This document shows, one piece after another, positions 27,326 to 37,163 of a DNA stretch of 64,000 nucleotides. The notes beneath the pieces are model-generated. The model was given only the letters and a program-made list of their open reading frames with translations, did not search any database and was not told where the DNA came from. The stretch spans positions 10,716-74,715 of the forward strand of contig JAZDNT010000002.1 of NCBI GenBank assembly GCA_043799405.1, in the 5' to 3' direction. This stretch comes from Candidatus Kerfeldbacteria bacterium (GTDB lineage Bacteria; Patescibacteriota; Patescibacteriia; SBBC01). Both the position numbers and the translations under genes were made by a program. How positions within the stretch are numbered: position 1 is the first letter of the stretch; each line of letters opens with the position of its first letter.

Positions 27326-28323
27326 GCTCGTGCGACATTCGACGCGCCGAGGACTCCGAGGGGTGGGACGAATTCGTTCTTCGTTGTACAAAACCAAATG
27401 AATTCCTGCAGAGCTGGCAGTGGGGCGTTTTTCAGCGCGCAGCAGGAAAGTACACCGAACGGATAGAGGTTCTTCTCGACGGCAAACGCGCCGCAGTCGC
27501 GCTTCTCGTACAGCATACGACGAGACTTTTACGAACATTCATCCTTGTTCCGCGGGGTCCAATCATCGATCCTGCGCTTCCTGCCGACCGTCAGCACGAG
27601 GTCTGGAAGGCGTTCATCAATCACGTCGACTCGGTCCGTACGCCGGATACCATGTTCTTGAAGATCGAGCCGAACCTAATTCCGCCCCAGGACGTCGGCT
27701 TTTCCGAAGGGTCGGGCGTCCATCCGGAACGCACGCTCCTCATTGATCTTACGAAGAACGAGCAGACGCTTCTGAGCGACATGCACCAGAAGACGCGGTA
27801 TAACATCAAGCTCGCCGAGCGCCACGGAGTAACCGTGGGATTCAGCCGGTCGCCTACCGACGTCGAGGAATTTCTTGCGTTACTGAAAGAAACTGCACAA
27901 CGGCAGAAGATAGGCATTTTTCCGTTACCGTACTACCGGACCATGGTCGAATCGTTGGGAGACTCGATTGAGGTCGCGGTCGCTCGGATGCATACGACTC
28001 CTGTCGCAGCCGGTCTCATGGTCCGTTTCGGATCCACCTTGACGTACCTTCACGGCGCTTCGTCCGCGGAACACCACCAGCACATGGCGCCGCACCTCTT
28101 GCAGTGGGAATCGATCGTTCGCGCGAAAGGCCTCGGGTGTTCGGTGTACGATTTTTTCGGGATCGCACCAGAAGGAACGGTCGATCATCGCTGGAACGGT
28201 ATTACCCGGTTCAAAATGGGGTTCGGTGGCACGGTCCATCAGTACGCCGGCGCGTTCAATCTCGTATACCAGCGCGCGTGGTACCTTGCGTACCGCCTCG
28301 CCAAAAGGGCCGCTGGTCGTTAA
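27322..28323 (+). CDS. FemAB/FemX-family peptidoglycan bridge peptidyltransferase
   Basis: FLQSWQWG, PRGP, MHQKTRYNIKLA, YDFFGI, GITRFKMGFGG. Confidence 0.9.
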   Translation: MSSCDIRRAEDSEGWDEFVLRCTKPNEFLQSWQWGVFQRAAGKYTERIEVLLDGKRAAVALLVQHTTRLLRTFILVPRGPIIDPALPADRQHEVWKAFINHVDSVRTPDTMFLKIEPNLIPPQDVGFSEGSGVHPERTLLIDLTKNEQTLLSDMHQKTRYNIKLAERHGVTVGFSRSPTDVEEFLALLKETAQRQKIGIFPLPYYRTMVESLGDSIEVAVARMHTTPVAAGLMVRFGSTLTYLHGASSAEHHQHMAPHLLQWESIVRAKGLGCSVYDFFGIAPEGTVDHRWNGITRFKMGFGGTVHQYAGAFNLVYQRAWYLAYRLAKRAAGR

Positions 28324-28339
28324 ACTGTTATCTGTATCT

Positions 28340-29047
28340 ATGACCACCATTGCTGTGATTATGGCCGCCGGGCGGGGGACCCGGATGAAGGACCTCTCCA
28401 ACAACAAACCGAAGCACCTTCTATCGGTGCTCGGTCGGCCGTTCCTTGACTACATCATTGAACGGTTGCGTAGCGCTGGACTTAAGGAAATCATCATCGT
28501 GACCGGCTACCAGAACCACGCGTTCGTACCGTACCGCGGTATTCCCGACATCCGCCTTATCGAGCAGCATCGGTTCCATGAGCGATATGGCACTGCTGCG
28601 GCGGTCGAGAACGTCAAGAACGCAGTCGGCAACCGTCCGTTCGTTGTCGTTGCCGGGGACAATCTCTACAGCGTGAAGGATCTTACCAAGATGACGATCG
28701 AAACGCCTTCGACGTGGATCGGCGGGTACCGGACCGCGGCATGGCAGGGAATGGGCATCCTGAAGCTTAAAGATGATGGTTCCCTTGATCGTATCATTGA
28801 AAAGCCGAAGACCTTCGTCGGCGACCTCATCAACGCGAGCCTGTACCACTTCACTCCGGAGATCTTTGACGTCATCGAACTCCTCGAGCCATCGCCTCGT
28901 GGCGAATATGAGATAACGGATGCTATCAACCTCATTGCGGAGCAAGAATCGGTCAACGTGTTTGAACTCGAGGACCGTTGGCTCGACCTGACGAGTCCGG
29001 ACGATATCGGGAAGATCGAAAAGGCGTTGAAGCAGAAAGCCGCATAA
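28340..29047 (+). CDS. Sugar-phosphate nucleotidyltransferase
   Basis: AVIMAAGRGTRM..KPKHLL, GTAAA, EKP, SPRGEYEITDA. Confidence 0.9.
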   Translation: MTTIAVIMAAGRGTRMKDLSNNKPKHLLSVLGRPFLDYIIERLRSAGLKEIIIVTGYQNHAFVPYRGIPDIRLIEQHRFHERYGTAAAVENVKNAVGNRPFVVVAGDNLYSVKDLTKMTIETPSTWIGGYRTAAWQGMGILKLKDDGSLDRIIEKPKTFVGDLINASLYHFTPEIFDVIELLEPSPRGEYEITDAINLIAEQESVNVFELEDRWLDLTSPDDIGKIEKALKQKAA

Positions 29048-29080
29048 TTTAGAGAGTTATTGAGTTCGCGCCCTGATGGC

Positions 29081-29155
29081 GCCTCCGTAGTTCAACGGAT
29101 AGAATGTAGGATTCCGGATCCTAAGATAGAGGTTCGATTCCTCTCGGGGGCACCA
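29081..29155 (+). tRNA. tRNA-Arg(CCG)
   Basis: GCCTCCG/CGGGGGC acceptor, tagga-ttccgga-tccta anticodon arm, GTTCGATTC, CCA. Confidence 0.95.
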
Positions 29156-29167
29156 TCAGGGCGTGAA

Positions 29168-29268
29168 TAGTTTCCGGCCTAAAGGCCGGATCCGGCTCCG
29201 CTGGACAACGGATAGAATGTAGGATTCCGGATCCTAAGATAGAGGTTCGATTCCTCTCGGGGGCACCA
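29168..29268 (+). pseudogene. Duplicate tRNA-Arg(CCG) with 33-nt insertion and no 5' acceptor strand
   Basis: tagtt-[tccggcctaaaggccggatccggctccgctgga]-caacggatag...cacca; last 63 nt identical to the intact gene. Confidence 0.85.
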
Positions 29269-29396
29269 GCAACATTTAGTATCGAGGGAGCGGGAGGGTC
29301 GAGATGCTAGTGAGACCGCCCTTCTTCGGTAAAGATTAGAAACAACACAGCAAATCGATTCGCTGTGTTGTTGTGTCCGGTAATAATTTCAGCTAT

Positions 29397-30731
29397 TTAC
29401 ACCGCGCCCTGAAGTGACAGAACTTTGTTTTTCAGGGTTAACCTACTCTTAAGATTCGCCAACAGTTCTCGCTTCTCCGTCATCGATCCCTCGGTTAGGA
29501 GGTAGACGGCGTAAGCTTTCATATCAAAGGTTTCTCCAGATTCTTTTTCTTTACTTTTACCTAAAGCGATTTTTCGGAACCTATTATACCTGGCAACTTC
29601 ATCTTTGAATTTATGCTTGATACCCAGCTCGTTCATATCGAGGGTGTCCAGTAGCTTCACAATCTGTTCAATAATTTCTTCCTCTCGCATATACCCACAG
29701 GCGCAATTTTTGTCTTTGGACTTGGTACAACCGTAGTAGACATATCGATGTACATTACCATTCTTTTGATTCTTGAATTTCTCACTGGCGGTTATGCCTG
29801 ATCCACAGAGGCCGCAGGATATTAACTTCGTGAAGGCGAACTCCCGATTGTGCTTATTGATTTCGCTCCGGACAAGTTGTTCTTGTGCCTTGTCGTACAG
29901 CTCTTGTTGAATTATTGGCTTATGCTTTCCGGTATACCAGTTGCCGCTCTTTTCCGGATATTCAAAGACACCGTAGTAAAAACTGTTCTTAAGAATAATG
30001 TAAATATTACTAAGCGATAAATGTTTACCGCTTCTTGTTTTGAAATCCACCTCGAATCTTAACCAGTGGTAGAGTTTCCGCCCCGACCACTGCTCATTTC
30101 CCACTTTCTCAAACATTTGCTTGATCATTGGAGCCCGTTCTGAATCAACGATCACCTCACACGGCCTATCCTTTCGTTTTTCGTTTAAGTAGCCGGTCGG
30201 AGCCATACTTGGCCGCAGTCCTTGTTCGCAACGAGTCCGGAGTCCGCGTTTTACATTCACGCTCTTGTTATCATTCTCCAGTTTTGCCTGTGAGCAGAGA
30301 ATCATCAGCATGAATTTCTCGCTCGGCGAATTCGTGAACTTTTGATTATATGTGCGTATTTCCAGGAGTAACTTTTGATCCATTAAATCCACGAGTGCAC
30401 CAAGATCACCGGCGTTCCGGCTCAATCGGTCAGGTGCCCACGTGAGGACGCCGCTAAACTTAGCGTCTCGGATGTCTTTGATGAGTCCGTTAAACACGTC
30501 GCGCTGTCCAACGGCTTTGGCTGAATGGCTTTCTTTTCTGATCTCGACAATCTCCAGCCCATCACGTTCGGCAATCTTTAGCATCTCCTTGATCTGGCTA
30601 TCGATAGACAGGATCTGCTGCTCCTCGCTCTCGGTCGACTTCCGAGCGTAAAGGCAGTACTTCACCTTGATCGGGAGCTGTTCTTTGGTTTGGGCTCCAG
30701 CTCCCTTGAGCCCCATGGTTTGGTCAGTCAT
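29397..30731 (-). CDS. Large serine recombinase (resolvase + recombinase + zinc ribbon)
   Basis: LYARKSTE (catalytic Ser), ESHSAK, DRLSRN, APTGY, GKHKPII, CGLCG..YYGC..C. Confidence 0.95.
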   Translation of the reverse strand: MTDQTMGLKGAGAQTKEQLPIKVKYCLYARKSTESEEQQILSIDSQIKEMLKIAERDGLEIVEIRKESHSAKAVGQRDVFNGLIKDIRDAKFSGVLTWAPDRLSRNAGDLGALVDLMDQKLLLEIRTYNQKFTNSPSEKFMLMILCSQAKLENDNKSVNVKRGLRTRCEQGLRPSMAPTGYLNEKRKDRPCEVIVDSERAPMIKQMFEKVGNEQWSGRKLYHWLRFEVDFKTRSGKHLSLSNIYIILKNSFYYGVFEYPEKSGNWYTGKHKPIIQQELYDKAQEQLVRSEINKHNREFAFTKLISCGLCGSGITASEKFKNQKNGNVHRYVYYGCTKSKDKNCACGYMREEEIIEQIVKLLDTLDMNELGIKHKFKDEVARYNRFRKIALGKSKEKESGETFDMKAYAVYLLTEGSMTEKRELLANLKSRLTLKNKVLSLQGAV

Positions 30732-30897
30732 GCCCCAAGGGATGACGCAACCCCGCTAGGGAGTCCAGGATGGTTGGAGTAGGTAAACTGTTGGTAACTA
30801 ATTGCCTTAAAAAGTTCAGAAATCCTTTACAAATCAAAGAAATTGTGATACAATTCAAGTTAGATTTAGAGCAATGAATTAAATAATTAGCAAACTT

Positions 30898-31608
30898 ATG
30901 TCAGCTGAACGAGGCGGACCTTCGCCAGAAGAGATGGGTATAAACCCCAAAGAGATGCAAGTCCCGGAAGATTCTTCGCAAGAAAGCAGGGAGGTTTTGG
31001 TTGGCGCAACAATAAATCCAGACGGTTCCATAGATAAATCGCAGGCCATGTCTTGGAAAATTACCGGAGAGCGCCTAGAGAAAATGAAGGCAACCGAAGA
31101 ACAGGCAAAGCGAACCAGGGCGGAACGATTAAAAATTCCTGAAGGTGTAGAACCCGGGAGTTCGGAAATGGTTTGGCATACATTAGATAAAGCCAAATTT
31201 CTTAATGAAGAAGCTCGTTCCAAGGCTTTGCGAAATCTTAGTGGTGAATATAAAAGGAATGCTGAAAACTCCCCGGCAGAAAAAAGAAGTGAAGCGCTGA
31301 TTAAACGCTTAGGTACGGAAATGTCCATGATGCGAGGTATGCATAATCCATTTATTCAAGACCGTCTTAATAAGACGAGATCCGAAATTGAGGCAAGTGG
31401 AAAGAAATTCTCTGCTAACGATATGCTCGACTTTATTCAAAGAGAATTCGTTGACAACTGGCAAAAACGCCAAAGCGAAGGAGATGAAACCATAATGATG
31501 CGTGAGGGACATTTTGATGTATCATATAAAACAACAGAGCTTTTAGAAGCGGCTAGAGATTTGCAAGGGAAGTTGATAGACGAGGCAACCAGAGGGGAAG
31601 CCCAATAA
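30898..31608 (+). CDS. Hypothetical protein (island cargo)
   Basis: 236-aa ORF; TTTACA-17-TACAAT promoter upstream. Confidence 0.75.
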   Translation: MSAERGGPSPEEMGINPKEMQVPEDSSQESREVLVGATINPDGSIDKSQAMSWKITGERLEKMKATEEQAKRTRAERLKIPEGVEPGSSEMVWHTLDKAKFLNEEARSKALRNLSGEYKRNAENSPAEKRSEALIKRLGTEMSMMRGMHNPFIQDRLNKTRSEIEASGKKFSANDMLDFIQREFVDNWQKRQSEGDETIMMREGHFDVSYKTTELLEAARDLQGKLIDEATRGEAQ

Positions 31609-31622
31609 ATTGGTAAAATCAA

Positions 31623-32168
31623 TTGGAACGTATTTCTCCCGAACACCCGGCCGCAGAACGAGTCGCCAAAGAACAAGAATAGCAACAACTATCTGAAGAA
31701 GCCGATCAAATCGCTGATCGTCTAGGAGGACCCATCGATCCAGGCATCAAAGAAACCGTCGTCGGACTTTGGGCGCATGGGTTAACCACGGGACAATCAT
31801 GCGAGGGTCATGACGATCAAGCCGAAGCGCTTCCGTGGGTCAGCGTTGAAGCACCGGAACCGGAGGGATGGTATGGTAGTCCCGAGTTGACCAAACAATG
31901 GCAGAAAGAGAATGAACGGTTAGCTAGTCGCTTTCGAGAAATTCTTGATGATTATTATCGTCAACGAACAGAAAATGGTGAAATACTCCCTGACGAATTG
32001 CGACTTGTGGAAGCACCGCAGGGTATCTATGGAGCATTTCGAATTGAATCAGGCTCACAAGAACGAATATCAGGGTTATCAAAAACCGAGCGTGCAAAGG
32101 AAGCAGCCCCGCATCGTGAAGAAATGAGGCGCTTAACTGCATATCTAAAAGAACGCTTTCTTGGTTAG
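31623..32168 (+). pseudogene. Protein with SCEGH (TYW3-like) motif, in-frame TAG at 31680
   Basis: KEQE*QQL..DRLGGPIDPGIKETVVGLWAHGLTTGQSCEGH in frame with ORF 31887-32168. Confidence 0.65.
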
Positions 32169-32444
32169 TTGAAGGGTTTCTGAAAATTTAAGAATGGTAC
32201 AGCCGTAAAAAGCCTAATTTAGGCTATACTTGGGCAAAAATGACAGGAAATGAGACACGAGACAGACCCCCTATGTCGTGTCTCATTTGTCTCATTTTGA
32301 ATTCCAGACCCCGACCGAGAGACGTCAAATCAGCCCCTGGAAATAGCTTGGAAAAGCCTTACAATGCTTGTAGAAGCCAGTTCCAAGACCGTGGAGGGGC
32401 ACCAGCCTACGCTCAAGCTTCGGTTGGCAAGCCAACTAAGAAAT

Positions 32445-32699
32445 ATATGGTATGTCTATGGACTTCGATGCAATGATGGGTCGCTCTACATCGGTTCGAC
32501 CGATAATGTAGAACGTCGTCTTACTGAGCATCGAAATGGCAAAACACCATCATTACGATATATATTACCTCTTGAACTGCAATTTTATATCGCCGTCCGG
32601 ACAGAAGCTATTGCAAGGAAATTAGAAATATATTGTAAGACAGGCTCAGGCAAAGCCGTTATTAAGAAACGATTTTTATCCGACGAAGCGTACGCGTAG
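32445..32699 (+). CDS. Small GIY-YIG nuclease; probable start is ATA, possibly a pseudogene
   Basis: WYVYGLRCNDGSLYIGSTDNVERRLTEH..G..ARKLEIYCKTGSG. Confidence 0.85.
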   Translation: MWYVYGLRCNDGSLYIGSTDNVERRLTEHRNGKTPSLRYILPLELQFYIAVRTEAIARKLEIYCKTGSGKAVIKKRFLSDEAYA

Positions 32700-32863
32700 T
32701 CGGGCCTCTGGGGGGCACCATGCGTCAATATACCCTACGCCTGCGCGAAGTCGTTGAAACTTCTTTGCTCCGGCTTCGGGTATGTGCCACTTACCCCACT
32801 CGCGCGTGCTCCGCGCGTTGCGCGTTCGTTCCGCTCTCGTGGGACCCTACAGGAAGTGTGCGG

Positions 32864-33175
32864 TTAGTGCTGTGAGGAAGTATTGTCGGGCGGAGGCGCT
32901 TGATGTGCGCGCGACTTCTTCATGAAGTATCGGATCAAGAACGGTACTCCGAAGAGGGCCGCAAGCCAGATGATGACATTGAACACGCCGTTGCTCCAGA
33001 GCGTTATGTTGTAGAACTCGCCCATTCTAACCGTTTCAAACGGCCAGCTGTGGATGAAGCCGTAGTAGCCGTTCGGTCCCAGATCGTAAAAGATGTTATC
33101 AACCCATGAAATGATCACCGAGAATGCGATGCCAAGGATGATATAGAGAGCCCACCCGACGTTCTTATATGCCAT
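32864..33175 (-). CDS. Small membrane protein (2 TM)
   Basis: MAYKNVGWALYIILGIAFSVIISW...VFNVIIWLAALFGVPFLI; TGn-TATACT upstream; start uncertain. Confidence 0.65.
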   Translation of the reverse strand: MAYKNVGWALYIILGIAFSVIISWVDNIFYDLGPNGYYGFIHSWPFETVRMGEFYNITLWSNGVFNVIIWLAALFGVPFLIRYFMKKSRAHQAPPPDNTSSQH

Positions 33176-33295
33176 AGTAGTAGTATTAATGTTATCCATC
33201 ATCAGTATATCATCGTTCGTTTGTATATCGAATGCGCCATTCAGCCGTGCATGATCTCTCTTGTCGATGAGGACCGCTAGCACTACACTACGTAT

Positions 33296-34399
33296 ATGAA
33301 GAAGCTCAGAGTCGGTATATTGTTCGGTGGCAGGTCGGCGGAACACGAGGTGTCGCTGCAGTCCGCGAAGAGCGTCATTGAGTCGCTCGACCGGAAGAAG
33401 TACGACGTCGTTTTGATCGGCATCGACAAGAAGGGGAAGTGGTACCTGAACGAGGCCTCGAAGTTTTTGCTGAACGCAGAGAATCCTTCTCTGATAAAAC
33501 TGAACACCGCATCCGCGAGGGAAGTGGCATTGGTGCCGGGAGAAGCAGTAAATCAACTAGTGCCGATGTCGGGCAGCGAGCCGCTGGGGCACCTCGACGT
33601 CGTGTTCCCCGTGCTGCACGGCCCGTTCGGCGAGGATGGGACTGTGCAGGGACTGCTGAAGCTTGCGAACATACCGTTCGTCGGCGTGAGCGTGCTCGGA
33701 TCGGCAGTCGGCATGGACAAGGACGTGACAAAACGATTGCTCCGAGAGGCAGGGATACCGACGCCGAAGTTCCTGACGTTCGACCGCGTGAAGCCGAACG
33801 ACATTTCATTTGAGAACGTGGAAAAGGAACTTGGGCTTCCGGTTTTCATCAAACCCGCGAATCTCGGTTCGTCCGTCGGCATCCATAAGGCGCACAACAA
33901 GAAAGAATTCGAGGCTGGTGTTGCGGATGCGCTATCGTTCGACACCAAGATCATTGTTGAGGAAGCCATCGTCGGTCGCGAACTTGAATGTGCAGTACTT
34001 GGGAACGAGAAGCCGGAAGCGTCATTGCCCGGTGAGGTGAAGTCGCAGCACGAATTCTACGACTATGAAGCGAAGTACATCGACGAGCACGGCGCGGCGC
34101 TTGATATTCCCGCGAAAGTCAAAGCGGATGTCGTGGAGAGAGTGAAGGAGTTGGCCGTGAGGACGTTCAAAACGCTAACCTGCGAAGGCATGGCGCGCGT
34201 GGACTTCTTTCTTAAGAAGGACGGTACGCTCCTCGTGAACGAGATCAATACGATCCCGGGATTCACCGGTACGATCAGTATGTACCCGAAGCTCTGGCAG
34301 GCGAGCGGCGTCCCGTTCGCCGAGTTGCTCGATCGGCTGATCTCGCTTGCGATCGAGCGGTTTAACCGTGAACAGGGATTACGGACGTCGTATACATAG
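33296..34399 (+). CDS. ddl: D-alanine--D-alanine ligase
   Basis: FGGRSAEHEVS, LHGPFGEDG, KPANLGSSVG, FYDYEAKY, NEINTIPGFT. Confidence 0.97.
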   Translation: MKKLRVGILFGGRSAEHEVSLQSAKSVIESLDRKKYDVVLIGIDKKGKWYLNEASKFLLNAENPSLIKLNTASAREVALVPGEAVNQLVPMSGSEPLGHLDVVFPVLHGPFGEDGTVQGLLKLANIPFVGVSVLGSAVGMDKDVTKRLLREAGIPTPKFLTFDRVKPNDISFENVEKELGLPVFIKPANLGSSVGIHKAHNKKEFEAGVADALSFDTKIIVEEAIVGRELECAVLGNEKPEASLPGEVKSQHEFYDYEAKYIDEHGAALDIPAKVKADVVERVKELAVRTFKTLTCEGMARVDFFLKKDGTLLVNEINTIPGFTGTISMYPKLWQASGVPFAELLDRLISLAIERFNREQGLRTSYT

Positions 34400-34497
34400 G
34401 CATAAACCTTGACCCCTGGGCGGATCCCGCCGTACGATATAGTTGTTCGAACCCTGACGCAAGTGCCGGATACGTCCGGCGGTATTCCTTTCTGTCC

Positions 34498-35949
34498 ATG
34501 AAACAATCAAACGATATTTCGCTCGGCCTGACCTTCAATGACGTTTTGCTTATCCCTAAGAAGACGCCGGTATCTTCGAGGCAGGATATTTCGGTAACAT
34601 CCCGGTTCTCGAGAAACCTGACGCTCAACGTTCCGGTCATCAGCGCAAACCAGGATACGGTTACGGAATCGGCCATGGCGATCGCGATGAGCCGCGAAGG
34701 GGGACTCGGTATTATCCATCGTTTCATGACGATCGAACAGCAGGTCGATGAGGTCACCAAGGTTAAGCGGTGGAGTCATGTCGTTATTGGCGACCCGTAT
34801 GCGCTGCCTGAATCCTCGACATTGCGTGAACTTTTTCGAAACCGTGAGCGGTACGGGATCACAAGCTTCCTCATCATCGACGGGCAGGGGAAATTGACCG
34901 GCATCGTGACAGCGCGTGATACGGTGTTTGAGGATAACCTTGATACGCCGGTCGGCACGATCATGACGCCGAAAGAAAAACTCGTGACCGCAGACCCTTC
35001 CATCTCCAGCGAACAGGCAAAACAGCTGCTCCATAAGCATCGGATCGAAAAACTGCCATTGGTTGATGGCGCCGGGAAACCAGTGGGGCTCATAACGCTC
35101 CAGGACATCCTCAAACGTGAGAAGTTTCCGAACGCTTCGCATGACCGGAACGGCAGGCTGCTCGTCGGCGCGGCGATCGGCGTGAAGGATGATTACATCG
35201 ACCGCGCTGATGCGTTGCTTGCGGCTGGCGCCGATGCGCTCGTTCTCGACATCGCGCACGGACATGCCGACCAGTCGCTCCATGCCATCAAGGCGATACG
35301 CGAGAAATTCGGTTCTGTCGAGCTTGTCGCCGGAAACGTCGCGACCGCCGAAGCGACCAAGGACCTCATCAGGGCCGGCGTCGACGCCGTTAAAGTCGGG
35401 GTCGGACCCGGGTCGTCGTGCATCACACGGATCGTGACGGGAGCAGGCGTACCGCAACTCACCGCGATCATGGACTGTGCATCGGCCGCGAAGAAGAGCG
35501 GTATCCCGATCATCGCTGACGGCGGCATTCAGACGTCAGGCGACGCGACAAAAGCGCTTGCCGCAGGCGCGTCAACGGTGATGTGCGGCAACCTGTTCGC
35601 AGGAACCGACGAGAGTCCGGGCGTACTGGTGACGCGGAATGGCCGGAAGGTTAAGGTATTCCGCGGCATGGCGTCGCGAGGCGCCGCGAAAGGCCGCATG
35701 ATGCGCGAGAACAAGCCGACGGACGACACGACATTCAACGAGATGGTTCCGGAGGGCGTCGAGGCGGTCGTTCCGTACCGCGGTTCAACGCGGGACGTTC
35801 TCTTGCAGATGGTCGGGGGATTACGGTCCGGCCTAAGCTACTGCGGATCGCGAACGATCGATGAGCTCCACGAGAAAGCGGAGTTCATCCGGATCACGCC
35901 GGCTGGTTTTCACGAGAGCATGCCTCACGACGCCGAGGTCACATCGTAG
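34498..35949 (+). CDS. guaB: IMP dehydrogenase with CBS domains
   Basis: [43 protein letters not shown]. Confidence 0.96.
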   Translation: MKQSNDISLGLTFNDVLLIPKKTPVSSRQDISVTSRFSRNLTLNVPVISANQDTVTESAMAIAMSREGGLGIIHRFMTIEQQVDEVTKVKRWSHVVIGDPYALPESSTLRELFRNRERYGITSFLIIDGQGKLTGIVTARDTVFEDNLDTPVGTIMTPKEKLVTADPSISSEQAKQLLHKHRIEKLPLVDGAGKPVGLITLQDILKREKFPNASHDRNGRLLVGAAIGVKDDYIDRADALLAAGADALVLDIAHGHADQSLHAIKAIREKFGSVELVAGNVATAEATKDLIRAGVDAVKVGVGPGSSCITRIVTGAGVPQLTAIMDCASAAKKSGIPIIADGGIQTSGDATKALAAGASTVMCGNLFAGTDESPGVLVTRNGRKVKVFRGMASRGAAKGRMMRENKPTDDTTFNEMVPEGVEAVVPYRGSTRDVLLQMVGGLRSGLSYCGSRTIDELHEKAEFIRITPAGFHESMPHDAEVTS

Positions 35950-36209
35950 AGCTCGAGGAGGGCGCCAGCATCTTCGTCCGTGGCGAGAACGGCTCGCGGT
36001 ACTCGCTCTCTCTCTTCGCCGTCGAGCGCGGTCTGGAGGTGCAGACCCTCGCTCCGCCCCTGCGCGTGTAGGTCAACAACAATCCTAGTTACCATTCGAT
36101 CTTTCGGGGGGACGACATACTAGGCACTGCCGTCCCCTCACCACCCCGTTCACGAACAGGGAGTTTATTGTGACATCATAGTAGCCGTGGTATTCTGATC
36201 GGAGTCGAT

Positions 36210-37163
36210 ATGGGTATTTTTTCAATCATTCTTGTCGTTGCCGGCTTGTCGGTCTTCGAAATCGTAAGCAGCATTGATAACGCGGTCATCAACGCAGAGG
36301 TGCTCTCGACGGTCGGCAGGAGGATGCGTCGCTGGTTCATTAAGTGGGGCATTTTCATTGCAGTGTTCCTCGTTCGTGGGCTGTTGCCGTGGATCATCGT
36401 GTGGATTGCAACGCCGTCGCTTGGGTTTTTCGGTTCGCTTACTGCGACGTTCAGCGGTGATCCCGAAGTGGTGAGCGCGGTTGAACGGTCAGCGCCCCTG
36501 TTGCTCACCGCGGCAGGAACGTTCCTCGTATTCCTGTTTTTTCACTGGTTGTTTTTGGAAAAGAAGAACTTCGGTCTCTTCGGAGAACGGTTCTTCTTCG
36601 CGAACGGCGTTTGGTTCTACGCGGTCGTGTCCGTGATGCTGGCGGCAATTGTGTTCTTCGCCCAGCGACAAGACCCGCTCATGGGGTTCAGCGCCGTTAT
36701 CGGCTCGACAGCATTCTTCATCACGCACGGTTTTAAGCAGAACGCCGAGCAGGCGGAGCAGCGCCTCATGAACCCGGGAATGTCGGATCTGAGCAAGGTT
36801 TTCTACCTCGAGGTCATTGATGCGACATTCTCGATCGATGGCGTACTCGGCGCGTTCGCGTTCACGCTCTCGGTACCGCTGATCCTGATCGGAAACGGGA
36901 TCGGAGCAATCGTCGTGCGCCAGCTCACCATCGGGAACATCGATCGTATCAAGAAGTACGCATTCTTGAAGAACGGCGCAATGTATTCGATTTTCTTCCT
37001 TGGGGCGATCATGCTCATGGACAGCTTTGGGATCAACATTCCGTATTGGGTTTCTCCGGTCGTGACGTTCGCTGTCATCGTGTATTTCTTCCGAAAGTCC
37101 ATTCGTTCGACGCCTCTAGCAAGCAATAACAGCGGCAACAGCCTTAGTCAGCAGCACCCATGA
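36210..37163 (+). CDS. DUF475/TerC-like integral membrane protein
   Basis: SSIDNAVINA, YLEVIDATFSIDGVLGAFAFT, GNGIGA, LKNGAMYSI. Confidence 0.85.
   Translation: MGIFSIILVVAGLSVFEIVSSIDNAVINAEVLSTVGRRMRRWFIKWGIFIAVFLVRGLLPWIIVWIATPSLGFFGSLTATFSGDPEVVSAVERSAPLLLTAAGTFLVFLFFHWLFLEKKNFGLFGERFFFANGVWFYAVVSVMLAAIVFFAQRQDPLMGFSAVIGSTAFFITHGFKQNAEQAEQRLMNPGMSDLSKVFYLEVIDATFSIDGVLGAFAFTLSVPLILIGNGIGAIVVRQLTIGNIDRIKKYAFLKNGAMYSIFFLGAIMLMDSFGINIPYWVSPVVTFAVIVYFFRKSIRSTPLASNNSGNSLSQQHP

Larger units (their letters stand above)
29156..32720. mobile_element. Island at tRNA-Arg carrying a large serine recombinase
   Basis: AT-richer block bounded by cctct(c/g)gggggcacca direct repeats (29140-29155, 29253-29268, 32705-32720). 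Confidence 0.7.

Noticed and set aside
31680-31682. Stop-codon recoding
   Set aside because: TAG, TGA and TAA all end core genes normally here; a single nonsense change is simpler
34445-34497. Riboswitch in the guaB leader
   Set aside because: Short hairpin only; no purine, ZTP or PRPP aptamer consensus recognised
35950-36209. yybP-ykoY riboswitch before the TerC-like gene
   Set aside because: Consensus elements not seen, and a -10 lies close to the start codon
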